DNA of 32,000 bases from the NCBI RefSeq assembly GCF_000039765.1, contig NC_004460.2:1020001-1052000 (forward strand), in the 5' to 3' direction. Below the pieces are notes generated by a model. It saw only the letters and a list, made by a program, of their open reading frames with translations, was not told the DNA's origin and ran no database searches. Both the position numbers and the translations under genes were made by a program. The stretch is from Vibrio vulnificus CMCP6 (GTDB lineage: Bacteria > Pseudomonadota > Gammaproteobacteria > Enterobacterales > Vibrionaceae). Shown here piece after piece: positions 8,946 through 17,965 of this stretch; within the stretch, counting starts at the first letter, position 1, and each line of letters opens with the position of its first letter.

Positions 8946-8963
8946 TGCAAATTTGAATTTCTC
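8946..8963 (+). repeat. Copy 2 of the 18-bp exact intergenic repeat TGCAAATTTGAATTTCTC
   Basis: Exact match to 5115-5132, with continued partial similarity for about 11 further bases. Confidence 0.75.
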
Positions 8964-9060
8964 AAATCCCTGTCACCACACATGGTTGTCATGCATAGTT
9001 CCTCTCACTTTTGAGCCCCAAGGCTCGCTCTAGCCATGACTGAAAACAATGAGAGGAAAT

Positions 9061-9405
9061 ATGGAGTTAACCATTTATTTGAACGATCGGCCTTATCGCG
9101 TTTGCGATATGGGTGATGGGGAATGCAAGGTGGTGGTGATTCATGCCTTCCACCTAGAATCGCTCTGCGACTGGTACCACCGAGAGTCACTCTCCAACAC
9201 GCGCGTGATCATCGTGGATATTTCTCGCAGTTGGGCCAAGTCGTTGGATGAGCTCTCTTCAAACGATCAGGCACTGTTAGCCGCAGATTTGCACCTGCTT
9301 GCCGATGTTTACTGGCTCGATCACTTCCACATTGACACTGGCGCGCTGGATGAGCAGTTTACTCACCGCCTCAAGCAGGAATTTTATCCTCGGCAGATTC
9401 ACTGA
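9061..9405 (+). CDS. Small protein resembling the N-terminal part of an alpha/beta hydrolase
   Basis: ATG at 9061 preceded by gagagga. The sequence ...CKVVVIHAFHLESLCDWYHRESLSNTRVIIVDISRSWAKS...LLAADLHLLADVYWLDHFHI follows the strand/helix order of hydrolase N-termini but has no GxSxG elbow. Confidence 0.6.
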   Translation: MELTIYLNDRPYRVCDMGDGECKVVVIHAFHLESLCDWYHRESLSNTRVIIVDISRSWAKSLDELSSNDQALLAADLHLLADVYWLDHFHIDTGALDEQFTHRLKQEFYPRQIH

Positions 9406-9414
9406 GCCATGGCA

Positions 9415-9444
9415 ACGCCTAACGTGAATCTCTCGGTTAGGCGT
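9415..9444. terminator. Shared hairpin between convergent ends (9405+, 9437-)
   Basis: acgcctaac / gttaggcgt perfect 9-bp arms followed by a short T-rich stretch. Confidence 0.55.
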
Positions 9445-10216
9445 GCGATTTTTGCGTCACAAATGCCAGCGGGGTCTGCCCCGTTTGCTTTTTGAAAAAT
9501 GCGATAAACGCACTGTCTGAGGAAAAAGCCAGTTGGTGCGCCACTTCGCTGACGGGTAACGGTGTTGATAATAATTCGATCGCTTTCAACACCCGCCATT
9601 GTTGCCGCCATTCTTGGTACGACATGCCTGTATCTTGTTTAAACAAACGGGTAATGGTTTTGCTGCTGGCGCCCACTTGCTTCGCCAACTCGCCACAACT
9701 CGGCGCTAAGAAATCACTTCTTGCCAGTTGCTGACTCCATTTCTTCAGCCGGCGATCGGTGGGCAACGGCAGACGATAATCGTGTTGCTGCGCAGCAAAG
9801 AACTCTTCCCAAAACAGCGCTAGCGTATGCGTCATCTCTTGTTCATTTTTGTCCCAAGGCCAAAAAGCAATTCGCTCAATCAACGCACGCAGCAGTTCAT
9901 TGACCTCAATCACCGTTACCTTGTCTGGGCTATTTATCTCAGAGCAATCAAAGTAGAGCGAACGATAGGCCACCACATTGGTCATCACCGCCTGATGTGC
10001 CACCCTAGGAGGGATCCACACCGCTTTGGTGGGCGGTAAGATGCAGATTGCCCCTTCTAAGGCAAAGCTCATGCAACCTTTTGGCGCATAAAGCAACTGA
10101 CCTTTGTGGTGTTGGTGCATGCCAGAGTCGTGCTGTCCAACGTCTGCGGCAATGCCGATCACTCGGCCAGGCAGTCGATCGGCATTGAAGACGGTTAGAT
10201 GATTAATGATGGCCAT
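9437..10216 (-). CDS. AraC family transcriptional regulator (AraC/cupin N-terminal, HTH C-terminal)
   Basis: CGELAKQVGASSKTITRLFKQDTGMSYQEWRQQWRVLKAIELLSTPLPVSEVAHQLAFSSDSAFIAFFKKQTGQTP. Confidence 0.93.
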   Translation of the reverse strand: MAIINHLTVFNADRLPGRVIGIAADVGQHDSGMHQHHKGQLLYAPKGCMSFALEGAICILPPTKAVWIPPRVAHQAVMTNVVAYRSLYFDCSEINSPDKVTVIEVNELLRALIERIAFWPWDKNEQEMTHTLALFWEEFFAAQQHDYRLPLPTDRRLKKWSQQLARSDFLAPSCGELAKQVGASSKTITRLFKQDTGMSYQEWRQQWRVLKAIELLSTPLPVSEVAHQLAFSSDSAFIAFFKKQTGQTPLAFVTQKSHA

Positions 10217-10311
10217 ATGTCCGAATGTTGATATTTTTTGTTTTAATGTTATTAACTGGAAATTTTAGTCTCTCACTACACTAGGCACCAAGTTATTTTT
10301 GAGAGCAACTT

Positions 10312-11469
10312 ATGAAACAACTACCTTCACTTTGGCTCATGGTGTTACTGCTGATGCTGCCGCAGGTTGTCGAAACCATTTATAGCCCAGCGCTCACCGC
10401 CATCTCTGCCTCTTTTGCCGTGCCTGAGTACATCGCAGCGCAAACCCTGTCTGTCTATTTTGCAGCTTTTGCCTTTGGCGTGGTGTGTTGGGGCATTTTA
10501 TGTGATCGATGGGGGCGCCGACTAACCATGCTGCTTGGGCTGATTCTCTACGCTGGCGCATCACTACTGGCTATCGTGACCGACAGTTTTATTATGTTAA
10601 TGATCGCAAGAATCCTCAGTGCCTTTGGCATTGCGGTTGGATCCATTGTCACCCAAACCATGCTGAGAGACGCTTTTCAAGGCGAAGAGCTTGCCAAAGT
10701 TTTCTCTCTGATGGGATTAGGTATCGCGATTAGCCCAGTGTTGGGCATGCTGCTTGGCGGACAACTCGTCTCCTTGGGGGGCTATCGCTCCGTGTTTATC
10801 GCCCTGTTTGTCGCAGCGATGGCCGTGGTCACGCTTGCCTTCGCACGACTTCCTGAAACTCAACAAAAGCGAACTTCGACCGCACTGCTGCCACTGGCAA
10901 CAAAAATGGTCAAAGACGGCGAGATTTGGGCCGCCGCCCTACTGGTTGCACTGTATAACATCGCGTTGTTTGCCTATTACCAACTCGGTGGATTTGTGCT
11001 TGTTCAACTGGGCTATAGCGCTCGTGAGTTTGGCTATAGTGGCCTTGCGCTGGGGCTCGCAACGTTCTGTGCCAGCTATATCAATAAACGCTTGCTCGCG
11101 AGAAAAGTGTCTCAAACCACATTGTTGCGCCTTGCTGCCACATTGTTCGTGTTTGGTTCACTTGGGGTGTTTCTCTGTTTGAGCTCGATTTGGTTCTTAC
11201 TGCCGATGATGGGCGTCGTCATGGCCTTTGGCATCGCCATTCCGAATATTCTTAGTGGGGCTTTGCTTCACTACCGAGAGCATGCTGGCAGTGCTGGAGC
11301 ACTATTTGGGCTGATGTACTATCTGTTGATTGGCTTTGGCCTTGCGCTCGCCGCTCGCGTACAGCACTTAGGAGTCGTATTAGTGGGTTGTAGTTTACTC
11401 ATACTTTGCGTCATGCATCAGTCTAAACACCGCACTGACAGAGCAGTAACCATGAATAATAATGAGTAA
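10312..11469 (+). CDS. MFS transporter, Bcr/CflA-like drug efflux type
   Basis: 12-TM-like hydrophobic pattern, GILCDRWGRRLTMLLGLILYAGASLL (MFS motif A), and RILSAFGIAVGSIVTQTMLRD. Confidence 0.9.
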   Translation: MKQLPSLWLMVLLLMLPQVVETIYSPALTAISASFAVPEYIAAQTLSVYFAAFAFGVVCWGILCDRWGRRLTMLLGLILYAGASLLAIVTDSFIMLMIARILSAFGIAVGSIVTQTMLRDAFQGEELAKVFSLMGLGIAISPVLGMLLGGQLVSLGGYRSVFIALFVAAMAVVTLAFARLPETQQKRTSTALLPLATKMVKDGEIWAAALLVALYNIALFAYYQLGGFVLVQLGYSAREFGYSGLALGLATFCASYINKRLLARKVSQTTLLRLAATLFVFGSLGVFLCLSSIWFLLPMMGVVMAFGIAIPNILSGALLHYREHAGSAGALFGLMYYLLIGFGLALAARVQHLGVVLVGCSLLILCVMHQSKHRTDRAVTMNNNE

Positions 11470-11674
11470 AAACATCAGAAAATAATACTCAAGCTAGCGC
11501 AAAGCATGAAAAAATCATCAAAAGCGCTAGCTTTCTTATTGAATAGAAAACTTTCATCTCTTCGATAACATTACAAGATCAAATCGACAAGGATAAAAAA
11601 AACATCATCAAGCATGAACTACACACATATCTAACAATTAATATGTCTACAGACAAATAAAAATGAGATAGGTT

Positions 11675-12727
11675 ATGTTCATTCAATCGATACACAACTT
11701 TAGAGCCATCGCCATTTTAATGGTGGTTATGGTTCATGTATACGCTTATGGATTAGAAAATACTCCATTTTATACGAGTGTTTTTAAGAACATTCTCAGC
11801 GGTTGTACTGCCTTGCTGGTTTTCATATCAGGATATATGTTTCATCATGTATTTTACAAGAACTTTAATTATTCAAAATTCATAAGCTCTAAATTTAGCA
11901 AAGTTGTCACACCCTATTTATTTTTGTCCACCATGGCTATATCCATGTTGTATGCAATGAAAGGGGGGTATTTTAGCTCAACCGCAGATTATGGAGATAT
12001 TGCATTTTTCAACGCAGATGATTCTGATCCCGTCACCATTTTAAAATACTACTTAACAGGCAGAATGATTACGGCTTATTGGTATATTCCTTGCGCTATC
12101 TTACTCTTCCTTTGCGCTCCACTACATGTAAAGTTTATTCATGCGGCCAGAAACCACCAGCTCATAACAATCGCTCTATTGTCAATATTATCCATTGTGG
12201 TTCATCGCTCCTATGAAAACATTAACCCAATACAGATGTTTATTTACTTCACACCGATATATCTACTGGGTATTTATGTTTCATTACACGGTAATCCGCA
12301 AAAAGATCGTTCGAAAACAAAAGCGTTTATGTTTACTCTATTGGCACTATTGATTGCCATTTATCAATCTTACACAGGTCATCAAGGGAACTATACAAAG
12401 GAAATATTTGAATTTAATGGTATTGATTTTATGTTTATTCAAAAATTCTTCCTTTGTTTGTCTGTTTATTATATTACCAATATATATGTATTTAACAATC
12501 GAATCATGAATACCATTGCTAATACCAGTTTTGCGATATTCTTCATTCATCCGTGGATTATCACCACACTAAAAAGATTGCCTTTCTATGGTGAGCAATC
12601 TTTGTATAACCCAATTTACTATTTCATGACCTTTGCGTTAGTGATCACAATTAGCACTTGCTCAGCTGTAATGCTAAAAAAATTGTTAAAGCCAAGAATA
12701 AAAACAAAATATATTATTGGTTACTAA
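11675..12727 (+). CDS. Acyltransferase family (acyltransferase_3-like) membrane protein
   Basis: N-terminal IHNFRAIAILMVVMVHVY (R/H catalytic motif), multi-TM, and C-terminal NTSFAIFFIHPWII. Confidence 0.85.
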   Translation: MFIQSIHNFRAIAILMVVMVHVYAYGLENTPFYTSVFKNILSGCTALLVFISGYMFHHVFYKNFNYSKFISSKFSKVVTPYLFLSTMAISMLYAMKGGYFSSTADYGDIAFFNADDSDPVTILKYYLTGRMITAYWYIPCAILLFLCAPLHVKFIHAARNHQLITIALLSILSIVVHRSYENINPIQMFIYFTPIYLLGIYVSLHGNPQKDRSKTKAFMFTLLALLIAIYQSYTGHQGNYTKEIFEFNGIDFMFIQKFFLCLSVYYITNIYVFNNRIMNTIANTSFAIFFIHPWIITTLKRLPFYGEQSLYNPIYYFMTFALVITISTCSAVMLKKLLKPRIKTKYIIGY

Positions 12728-12883
12728 AGTTTTATCTTTCGCCATCATTCCATACTCTTCACAGAGATTGATACTCTTCCTCTGTGGAGTGACCTTTTTC
12801 CCTCGCTAGCTTAATTATTCCATTCGCGTATACTTCTCTCGTTTACACAAAAACTACAATATCAACACAAAGAAAATACACTT

Positions 12884-13780
12884 ATGTCTGCTGCTAGCTT
12901 TTTTCGTCTCGTCTGCCTTGCTGCTATTTGGGGAAGTTCATTCCTATTTATGCGCATCGCAGCTCACAGTTTTGGTCCTGCGTATCTCATTGAGCTTCGT
13001 GTGTTGTTTGCTGCCATCAGTTTACTGCTGGTCTCCCTCTACCTGCGCAAACACATCCGTGCGTTGCTCAGTCATCCAAAACACTTTTTTATCATTGGCC
13101 TGTTCAATACGGCATTGCCTTTTCTGTGCTTTGCCTACGCAGCGCAAACCTTGAATGCCTCTACGCTAGCGGTACTCAACTCGACCGCGGCAATTTGGGG
13201 CACTGTGATTGGTTTTTTCTGGCATAAAACCCCCATTTCCACCAAAGGGGTGATCGGCTTGATGTTAGGGGTGACAGGGGTGGTGGTGCTCGTGGGTTGG
13301 GATGCCATCAATCTTGGTCAGCAAGCCGCACTGCCTATCACTGCTGGCGTCATGGCCGCATGTTGCTACGGCATAGCAACAAACTACACCAAAGGAGCGC
13401 CACAAGTGCCGGCCTTCGCCAATGCACATGGCAGTATGTGGGCTGCCGTGCTGATTGTGTTGCCTTTGCTGCCTTTTGTTCCGATGAATGCGATGCCAAC
13501 CTCGATTGAGTGGCTCTCAGTCTTTGCACTTGGCATTTTGTGCACGGGCATTGCTTACTTGATGTATTTCCGTCTGATCAGTGAAATAGGCCCAGCGTCG
13601 GCCTTGTCTGTGACTTTTTTGATCCCGGTATTTGGCATCCTCTGGGGATATTTAATCCTCAATGAACCTATTGGTATCAATACCTTAGCTGGCACTATTT
13701 TGGTTTTGAGTGGCACCATGATGGTGACGGGCTTTTCGCTACGCTCTGCGCTTTCATCTCCGCAAGCAAAACAATCATAG
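12884..13780 (+). CDS. DMT superfamily (EamA) transporter
   Basis: LAAIWGSSFLFMRIAAHSFGPAYLIELRV... and LTFLIPVFGILWGYLILNEPI: EamA signatures. Confidence 0.92.
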   Translation: MSAASFFRLVCLAAIWGSSFLFMRIAAHSFGPAYLIELRVLFAAISLLLVSLYLRKHIRALLSHPKHFFIIGLFNTALPFLCFAYAAQTLNASTLAVLNSTAAIWGTVIGFFWHKTPISTKGVIGLMLGVTGVVVLVGWDAINLGQQAALPITAGVMAACCYGIATNYTKGAPQVPAFANAHGSMWAAVLIVLPLLPFVPMNAMPTSIEWLSVFALGILCTGIAYLMYFRLISEIGPASALSVTFLIPVFGILWGYLILNEPIGINTLAGTILVLSGTMMVTGFSLRSALSSPQAKQS

Positions 13781-13871
13781 TTTTGTATGGTTTTGTCATG
13801 AATTATTGAAATTAAACAGCGTTCAATTAGGATTAAGGCCCTGTTCCTTGTTCCTTTTTTGAGCTGTTGAA

Positions 13872-14402
13872 ATGAAAAAAACGTTATTGCTATTCCTCCT
13901 TCCTTTTGTTCTGACTGCCTGCTCTTCGATGAGCCCTGAAGAATGTCGTAGCGCCAATTGGCAACAAATTGGCTATTTAGATGGGCAAAATGGCGTCAAT
14001 CCCACGGTGATCAGTGACTATGTAAAAGATTGTCGTGATGCGGGTGTTTACCCAGATCAAGAGATGTGGCAGCGTGGCTTTGAGCAAGGCACCGTACTCT
14101 ACTGCTCAGCAGATAACGGCTACCGCGTCGGTAAGCAAGGCCGCGAATACTACGGCGTGTGCAACAACGAACGTTTTCTCGAAAACTATCAGAAAGGTTA
14201 TCAAGATTATCTGGTTCAAAAGCGACTCAATGAGATCAACAAAGAAATCAGCGATATTGATACACAACTGCGAATGCTCAAAAACGATAACGAAAACAAA
14301 CAGCAGAGAAAAACGCTGGAAAGTCGACGTAAAGAGCTCATTCGCGAACGTACATCACTGATTGTGCCAACGCGTTCTTACAATCTGAAGTTTTCGTTTT
14401 GA
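13872..14402 (+). CDS. DUF2799 family lipoprotein
   Basis: Lipobox VLTACSSM; ECRSANWQQIGYLDGQNG..., VCNNERFLENYQKGYQDYL: DUF2799 pattern. Confidence 0.82.
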   Translation: MKKTLLLFLLPFVLTACSSMSPEECRSANWQQIGYLDGQNGVNPTVISDYVKDCRDAGVYPDQEMWQRGFEQGTVLYCSADNGYRVGKQGREYYGVCNNERFLENYQKGYQDYLVQKRLNEINKEISDIDTQLRMLKNDNENKQQRKTLESRRKELIRERTSLIVPTRSYNLKFSF

Positions 14403-14559
14403 GCATAACGGGCTCAAGCGCGAAACATTAGGTTGATTGTGCTGCACGAGATGAAAGTTTGATGAATTTTTCAAACTTCTTACATACAGACGTTGCAATG
14501 CCTCGTTGAACTGGGCACTCTCAAGCAGAAGCAACCTCTCGTATTCTGGAATAATAAAT

Positions 14560-15207
14560 ATGAATATCATCAAACCGTTAACATGCATTTTGGCAATGAG
14601 TATCAGCGGCTTGGCAACTGCTGCTGTTACCCTACATGTACCAGATGACGTCACTCTGTTTGTCGCCAACGGGCAAAAAGCCAAGCTCTCTGGCAGCCTA
14701 TTTGCCTCTTCAAAAACCATTGAATTGCCAAATGGTGAAAACCAAATCGTCTTTCAATACGAACCCTACTTCAGCCAAGGTAATGATCGTATTGGCGTCG
14801 AGAGTAACGTGATCATCGCGAAATTTTCAGCCAACGATACCGACCTCAACTTCGAGCTGCCAAAGTATCGTGATCACCGTGTTGCAGAGCAGGAAATCAA
14901 ACAAATGCAGTGGCAGTTGGTCGATGAACAAGGCGCAGCTGTGACCAAATCTGAAGACAAACTGGTGAAATCCGGCATGCAGATTGGCCGAGACTACGCG
15001 CGTGAAGCAGCAGATTACAACCAAACTGGCGGTATCGCGGCAATCGGTACAGCGGTGTCAGTGGCCACAATTAAGACTGAGCCAGTGGCAAACGTCGAAA
15101 CCAAAGTGAAGGCGGGAGATAACACCGCAGAAGAGATGCTGCACTTCTGGTATGACAAAGCCGATGAGGCCACCAAAGCGCGTTTCAAAGCCTACATCAA
15201 TCAATAA
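14560..15207 (+). CDS. DUF2057 (YccT-like) secreted protein
   Basis: Signal peptide MNIIKPLTCILAMSISGLATA, then VTLHVPDDVTLFVANGQKAK...ELPNGENQIVFQYEPYF: DUF2057 pattern. The internal start is preferred. Confidence 0.82.
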   Translation: MNIIKPLTCILAMSISGLATAAVTLHVPDDVTLFVANGQKAKLSGSLFASSKTIELPNGENQIVFQYEPYFSQGNDRIGVESNVIIAKFSANDTDLNFELPKYRDHRVAEQEIKQMQWQLVDEQGAAVTKSEDKLVKSGMQIGRDYAREAADYNQTGGIAAIGTAVSVATIKTEPVANVETKVKAGDNTAEEMLHFWYDKADEATKARFKAYINQ

Positions 15208-15230
15208 CCCGCAAAATGGCTTAAGCAAGT

Positions 15231-15251
15231 AGGAGGTGTTCATCACCTCCT
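15231..15251 (+). terminator. Hairpin downstream of DUF2057 gene
   Basis: aggaggtg / cacctcct 8-bp arms followed by cttct. Confidence 0.5.
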
Positions 15252-15460
15252 CTTCTCACCTAACCTTGCCATCCATGCACAACCACTCTACCCTCTCTCC
15301 CGATCTTTTTAGCCCTTCGTTGCTCGCCGTTGATTTCGAACGACCAATACCTAAGCTTCTTCCATCAGCATTGTTTTTATTTGCTCTTTACTGAAAGCTC
15401 AGCACCACCACTTCGGTCTTATCCAAACTAAAATAGAAAAAACAACCAAATGAGAGAACG

Positions 15461-16324
15461 ATGTCTGCATTCCCATTAACGGCCATCGCGATGATCGCGT
15501 TTGCCGCAAACTCGGTTTTTTGTCGTTTAGCACTGGCAGAACAAAGCATTGATCCGGGTAGCTTTACTTTCATTCGCTTGTTGTCAGGCGCGGTCACTTT
15601 ACTGGTTATCTTATCGTTTAGCCAAGCTGGTCAAATGCGCCAACTGTTGAGCAAATCAACCTTTTTAAGCCGAACAAGTGTGCTGGCTGGTGTCGCGTTG
15701 TTTGGTTACGCCGTTGCCTTTTCCTATGCGTACGTCGGGCTCACTACCGGTACTGGTGCATTGATTCTGTTTGCGGTTGTGCAATTCAGCCTCATCGCCT
15801 TCCACCTGTTTTCTGGCCATCGCCCTTCTAAATTGGAATGGGGAGGCGTCGCTCTATCCATCAGTGGGTTTATCGTTTTAATGTCGCCTTCGGCACAAAC
15901 ACCCAATGCGATAGATGCGTTTATGATGGCGATAGCTGGGGTTTGCTGGGCGATTTTTACCTTATTGGGCAAACAGGCACAATCGCCCACACAAGCCATC
16001 GCTCAAGGCTTTAGCTTTGCATCCTTACTGGCACTGCTGTGTGGGTTTTGGCTACTAAATGCCTCATCCGTATCCGTCAATGGCATTGTTTGGGCTATGC
16101 TTTCTGGTGTGTTGGCGTCTGGGATTGGTTATGTGGTGTGGTACATGGCAGTGAAATCGTTATCGGTGCTGCAAGCGTCCATTGCACAACTCTCTGTCCC
16201 TGTGATTGCGATGGCTGCTGGGGTGATTTGGTTAAATGAGCCGCTGACTATCGTGAGCACTGTTGCCAGCGCACTCGTGCTTGGCGGCATTGCACTGATT
16301 TTTACCAGTAACGCTCAAAAATAA
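15461..16324 (+). CDS. DMT superfamily (EamA) transporter
   Basis: AFAANSVFCRLALAEQSIDPGSFTFIRLLSG, LWEN-like LIVLMSP, and ASIAQLSVPVIAMAAGVIWLNEPL. Confidence 0.92.
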   Translation: MSAFPLTAIAMIAFAANSVFCRLALAEQSIDPGSFTFIRLLSGAVTLLVILSFSQAGQMRQLLSKSTFLSRTSVLAGVALFGYAVAFSYAYVGLTTGTGALILFAVVQFSLIAFHLFSGHRPSKLEWGGVALSISGFIVLMSPSAQTPNAIDAFMMAIAGVCWAIFTLLGKQAQSPTQAIAQGFSFASLLALLCGFWLLNASSVSVNGIVWAMLSGVLASGIGYVVWYMAVKSLSVLQASIAQLSVPVIAMAAGVIWLNEPLTIVSTVASALVLGGIALIFTSNAQK

Positions 16325-17081
16325 TGTTTCCCCCTGTTTGACGACGGTATTTTTCCAAACCCAAGTTTTGCAGCGCCGCAGAGGTGTCTTTAATCATTTC
16401 AGGATTACCACACAACATGGCAAAACTGGTTTTGGCTGACATCTCCATGCCAAGGTGATGGAACAGTATCCCAGAAGAGAGCAATGCCGGAATTCGACCA
16501 TGTAGCGTGTTCGGTACTTGCTCTCTCGACACGATGGGCACGTAAACTAAACGGCCACCATACAGCTCTTTCAACTGCTCAATCAGATAGCGATAGACAA
16601 GATCTTTTTCATATCGTACGCAATGAACCAAGATGATGCGATCACAACGAGGTTGATGGGTAATGTCATCGAGGAGCGAAAGAAAAGGACCAATGCCAGT
16701 CCCTGTGGCAAAAAGCCAGAGGTCTTCGGTGGTTTTGGGAATGATGTCGGAAGTGAGATCACCATGAGCGCTTTTGCCCACGTAAATCTCATCCCCAGTT
16801 TTGAGCGATTGCAATTTCGGTGTGAGTTTTCCTTGCGGGTGAGAGACGATCAAAAACTCCAACCAATCATTCAGCACCGAAGGGGCATTGACCAGAGAAT
16901 AGGCACGGCTCACCATTTGGCCTTGCTCATCCAGCAAAGCTAGCTTGGTAAATTGACCCGCTTTAAAATCCAAATGCGTACCAGTAACACGTAGGCTAAA
17001 AAGCTCCCCCGTCCAATCGGTGCGCTTTTCTACCACGGCCTTCGCAAAATCTCGATGTTCAGTGATTTTCAGTTCAGCCAT
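16302..17081 (-). CDS. fpr: Ferredoxin/flavodoxin-NADP+ reductase
   Basis: FTKLALLDEQGQMVSRAYSLVNAP, LWLFATGTGIGPFLSLL, YRQTGGNIIFERYW. Confidence 0.92.
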   Translation of the reverse strand: MAELKITEHRDFAKAVVEKRTDWTGELFSLRVTGTHLDFKAGQFTKLALLDEQGQMVSRAYSLVNAPSVLNDWLEFLIVSHPQGKLTPKLQSLKTGDEIYVGKSAHGDLTSDIIPKTTEDLWLFATGTGIGPFLSLLDDITHQPRCDRIILVHCVRYEKDLVYRYLIEQLKELYGGRLVYVPIVSREQVPNTLHGRIPALLSSGILFHHLGMEMSAKTSFAMLCGNPEMIKDTSAALQNLGLEKYRRQTGGNIIFERYW

Positions 17082-17275
17082 ATCTACCTCTCACTCTGAC
17101 ACGGTTATGCAAAAAGTAACCGCCACATCTCTTTAAGTAAAGTGGAAACACCACAACAAACAACAATTTTTAATCATTTTATTTACAAAACGTTAAATGC
17201 ATCATTACACACTCTATTAATAAAATTTAGAATAAAGACTCAAAACAGCTATCAAGGTCACGGAATCACAACGAT

Positions 17276-17710
17276 ATGGAATTACTACTGCAAGATTTTC
17301 CGGTTGTTACCGAAATCAACGTCGCTTGGGGGGAAATGGATGCCCTACAACACATCAATAACGTGGTGTATTTTCGCTATTTCGAAACAGCACGGATTGA
17401 ATATTTCAATAAAATCAATCTAATGGATGAAATTAAGCGCAATCAGATTGGTCCGGTACTCAGCGAAACCCAGTGCCGATATCGTATTCCGGTGACGTTT
17501 CCGGATACGCTATTGATCGGTTCTCGCGTCAGTGAGGTAGGGGAAGACCGTTTCACCATGGAGTATCAAGTGGTCAGCAAAAAGATGGGTAAAGTCACCA
17601 CCACAGGCAGTGCAACCGTCGTCATGTTCGATTTTAAAAACCAATGCAAAACACAGCTACCCACCGTGTTGCGCGATGCCATTTTCAGTATCGAAGCTAA
17701 AAAGTCATAA
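17276..17710 (+). CDS. Acyl-CoA thioesterase, 4-hydroxybenzoyl-CoA thioesterase-like hotdog fold
   Basis: VAWGEMDALQHINNVVYFRYFETARIEYF: hotdog catalytic Asp/Glu-Met-Asp region. Confidence 0.88.
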   Translation: MELLLQDFPVVTEINVAWGEMDALQHINNVVYFRYFETARIEYFNKINLMDEIKRNQIGPVLSETQCRYRIPVTFPDTLLIGSRVSEVGEDRFTMEYQVVSKKMGKVTTTGSATVVMFDFKNQCKTQLPTVLRDAIFSIEAKKS

Positions 17711-17883
17711 CGCTTACAATGACTTACAGACAAACCATCAATGGTTTCGCTACACTTCTTTTCAAGCGGTTTGTTACCCAGCCGTTTTGATGACGAAAAC
17801 GCATTAACGCCCGTTGCCCCAATAGAGTGGCAGCAAACAGAAGCCACGCTTGAACGGCGGGCAATGATGCTCTCTTCTTTTGT

Positions 17884-17917
17884 ATGCCTCTTCTCGATTG
17901 GATGAGGCATTTTTTTT
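17884..17917 (+). terminator. Strong stand-alone intrinsic terminator
   Basis: atgcctc / gaggcat perfect 7-bp arms followed by a long T-run, 174 bp after the thioesterase stop. Confidence 0.75.
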
Positions 17918-17965
17918 ATCAATACGCTATAGTCGTACCCCATTATTCGCCGTTCACTTCGATGC

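Noticed and set aside
10754-11182. 142-aa plus-strand ORF within the MFS gene
   Set aside because: Out-of-frame shadow of a clear 12-TM transporter.
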